Below, one piece after another: positions 61,541-64,000 of a stretch of 64,000 nucleotides of DNA. The stretch comes from an uncultured Polaribacter sp. (GTDB lineage Bacteria; Bacteroidota; Bacteroidia; Flavobacteriales; Flavobacteriaceae). A program made the translations under genes and the position numbers. How positions within the stretch are numbered: the first letter of the stretch is position 1; every line of letters begins with the position of its first letter. The notes beneath the pieces were generated by a model that worked only from the letters and a program-made list of their open reading frames with translations, was not told the origin of the DNA and made no database searches. The DNA lies in the NCBI GenBank assembly GCA_943846595.1, contig OX044355.1, positions 1,788,199 to 1,852,198 on the forward strand, given 5' to 3'.

Positions 61541-62714
61541 ATGGATTACAAAAAAAATACGAAGGGCAACTTGAAAAGAATACCATACTTCAAAAAAATA
61601 CAATGAGAAAGTTAAAGAAAAAGATTATAAACTACCCGCACTATTTAATTCAATAGATAGCACGTTTCAATTGATATCCCCCATTTATGATGAAAATGAT
61701 TTCGTGGTTGACTACTATTACAAAAATGTAAATAATAAATTTATCAGTAAAATCGGGAAAACTAGAGAAGAAGTAATCGATAAAAGGGGAACCGATATTA
61801 TTGGTTTCATCGAAGATTACTGGTTCAAAACCGTTGAAAAAGTTATAAAAACAGGAAATCCAATCATTTATAGAAACTACAGTGACACACGAAAAATATA
61901 TTTTGAAGTGTATGCTTGGAAAGTTAATGAAAAGGATGTGGCCGTTTTATTAAATGATCTAACTGCACAAAAAGAAAACGAGCGATTTCTTCTTGATTCT
62001 AAAGAAGAAATAGATAAGCTTACGATTTCAAAGGAACGACTTATTGCTGTTATTGCTCACGATTTGAGAAGTCCTTTCAATGCCATTTTAGGGTTTTCCA
62101 ATTTACTAATTGATAGTGTAACGCATCAACAAGATTTAGAAGAAACGTTAGATTACAGTAAAATAATATATGGAAAAGCGAAAGAAACACTTGTACTACT
62201 CGATAACTTATTGGATTATGGAAATTTAAATAGCAAATACGTACATTTTGATCCGAAAAGAATACTACTTTCCTCAATCATAGACCAAACAATCAAATCT
62301 CATCTTCAAGAGGCAACACTTAAAAACATTTCTTTGACATGTAATGTAGAAGAGCAACTTTATGTGTATGTAGATAAAATAATGCTCGAAGCTATTATAA
62401 GAAATTTAATTTCAAATGCCTTGAAATTTAGTTATTTAGATGGTACTGTTACCGTTTCTATGAAACAGATTGGTGGTGATTGTAAAGTAACCGTTACAGA
62501 CAATGGTGTTGGAATTCCCTTTGACAAACAAGCAGATTTATTCAGTTTTAAAACCAACAGAACCACAAGAGGAACTCTCGATGAAAAGTGATCTGGATTG
62601 GGTTTATTAATTTGTAGAGAATATCTTGAAAAGAACAAGGGTGCTATCAGTGTGAAAAGTGAAATTGGTCATGGAAGTGAATTTTCATTTACACTGCCTT
62701 TGGTTGCTTCCTAA
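61541..62714 (+). pseudogene. PAS-domain sensor histidine kinase, disrupted
   Basis: IAHDLRSP (H box), NLISNALKF (N box), DNGVG (G1); TGA at 62589-62591 inside G2 box (EK*SGLGL) with the frame continuing to 62714; probable poly-A frameshifts near the 5' end. Confidence 0.82.
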
Positions 62715-62776
62715 TCCTACAGGACTCAAAGTGCTTTTAGGGGTTCTCTTTTTCATTCAACCATAAAAAAACGAAT

Positions 62777-63154
62777 CTACGATTGCAAAGCGATCTCGGG
62801 CAAAAGGTTTCTAAAACTCGGTGCATTGTCTCGATAAGAAACCATTTTCTTTTTAGAAACTAGAATTAGCAAATCTTCACGTAACGTAAATAAGGTTCCT
62901 GCTCTAAAGGTTTGCATGAGTAATTTCTCGATTTCTACAAAGGCTTCTGCTAAAGTAAATTGCTTGTAAAGCTCTTCTGTTTCATGTCGATATTTAAATT
63001 GAAAAATTTGTTTTCCATTCACTAAAAAAAAACGCATGTATACGTTTTTCAAGCCTTCACTTTTTCGAAGTGGCTTGCTGAGTGTTAATTTGACAAACTC
63101 ATTGTTAATCAGACTATTTTCTAGGGTTTCAAAAAGGATATTAAATTCACTCAT
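62777..63154 (-). CDS. Hypothetical protein resembling the N-terminal region of Bacteroidota SAM-methyltransferases
   Basis: FVKLTLSKP...LKNVY.R...F.YRHET motif recalled from that family; no SAM-binding motif present. Confidence 0.55.
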   Translation of the reverse strand: MSEFNILFETLENSLINNEFVKLTLSKPLRKSEGLKNVYMRFFLVNGKQIFQFKYRHETEELYKQFTLAEAFVEIEKLLMQTFRAGTLFTLREDLLILVSKKKMVSYRDNAPSFRNLLPEIALQS

Positions 63155-63200
63155 ACTGCAAAGGTAGATAATGAAACGAAAAAAAAGAGGCTTAAATCAT

Positions 63201-63231
63201 AAAAAAAGCCCAAGTTAAAACTTGAGCTTTT
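63201..63231 (-). terminator. Intrinsic terminator after typA
   Basis: AAAAGCCCAAGT-TAAA-ACTTGAGCTTTT. Confidence 0.7.
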
Positions 63232-63258
63232 GTAGTTGTCATCAATACTTATTGGTAT

Positions 63259-64000
63259 TTATCCTTTAAAAACAATCTTACGCATACGCAAGTTCTCTGG
63301 AGTGACCTCTAAATATTCATCCGATTTGATGTATTCCATATTTTCCTCAAGAGAAAAATTTACTTTGGGTGCAATTTTCATTGCATCATCGGTACCTGAT
63401 TTTCGCATATTTGTCAATTGCTTTCCTTTGATCAAGTTTACAGCCATTTCATCAGATTTAGAGTTTTCTCCAATTACCTGGCCTACATAGATTTCTTGAT
63501 TAACATCAATAAAGAAACGTCCTCTGTCTTGTAAACGGTTCAATGCATAAGCAGTTGCTTTACCAGCTGCAGAAGAGACAATGGCTCCTTTTACTTCTTC
63601 TGTAAAGTCACCTTTATATGGACCGTATTCAGAAAAACGGTGGTTTATGATAGCTTGACCTGCTGTTGCTGTTAAAATTCTATTTCTTAAACCTATCAAT
63701 CCACGAGATGGAATTGAAAATTCTAAGTGTTGTAAATCTCCTTTAGGCTCCATAATCAATAAGTCACCTTTACGTAAAGAAACCAAGTTTACTGCTTTAG
63801 AAGCGACATCTTCTGGTACATCAATCGACAATGTTTCCATGGGTTCATGTTTTACACCATCTATCATTTTAATAATTACTTGTGGTCTTCCCACTTGCAA
63901 TTCATATCCTTCTCTACGCATTGTTTCAATCAATACAGACAAGTGTAAAACACCTCGTCCGTATACATTAAACTTGTCTTCAGAATCTGTTGTTTCAACT
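63259..64000 (-). CDS. typA: Translational GTPase TypA/BipA, C-terminal part (runs off window)
   Basis: GRGVLHLSVLIETMRREGYE, PSRGLIG, NLIKGKQLTNMRKSGTD, EYLEVTPENLRMRK. Confidence 0.96.
   Translation of the reverse strand, partial: VETTDSEDKFNVYGRGVLHLSVLIETMRREGYELQVGRPQVIIKMIDGVKHEPMETLSIDVPEDVASKAVNLVSLRKGDLLIMEPKGDLQHLEFSIPSRGLIGLRNRILTATAGQAIINHRFSEYGPYKGDFTEEVKGAIVSSAAGKATAYALNRLQDRGRFFIDVNQEIYVGQVIGENSKSDEMAVNLIKGKQLTNMRKSGTDDAMKIAPKVNFSLEENMEYIKSDEYLEVTPENLRMRKIVFKG

Noticed and set aside
62589-62591. TGA at a conserved Gly position suggesting UGA=Gly recoding
   Set aside because: TGA is a normal stop elsewhere in the window (S4 gene at 16454, TrmH at 38055, hisD at 58977, his leader), so this is a point nonsense mutation

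Overview
AT-rich 64-kb segment of a Bacteroidota chromosome; gene content and TAnnTTTG promoters point to a marine Flavobacteriaceae, probably Polaribacter/Tenacibaculum-like (inference). Most of it is an intact housekeeping backbone: pepT end, rmuC, glyA, fahA, clpB, smpB, maf, aroK, tRNA-Lys and tRNA-Leu, an lpxD-lpxC/fabZ-lpxA-efp-lpxD2-sucD-fabG run, the HD/porX/tsaE/ald locus, several DEAD-box and cold-shock genes, a complete his operon with a His-leader attenuator, and the typA end. No CRISPR array, rRNA, integrase or transposase was seen. Two themes stand out. (1) Accessory surface and sensing genes are eroded: a collapsed T9SS type-B adhesin, an orphan T9SS tail, two divergent genes that lost their 5' ends together, and a histidine kinase with a nonsense codon and frameshifts. 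(2) An AT-rich two-gene cassette at 38985-40106 looks like a lipoprotein precursor carrying a protease-releasable, Cys-flanked hydrophobic C-terminal peptide, followed by a small membrane protein. This is the best candidate for an undescribed antagonism (toxin/immunity) system, and it is interrupted by two compensating poly-A frameshifts. A T9SS-secreted vanadium-haloperoxidase-like enzyme is also present. All family assignments are from motif recognition, not database searches.
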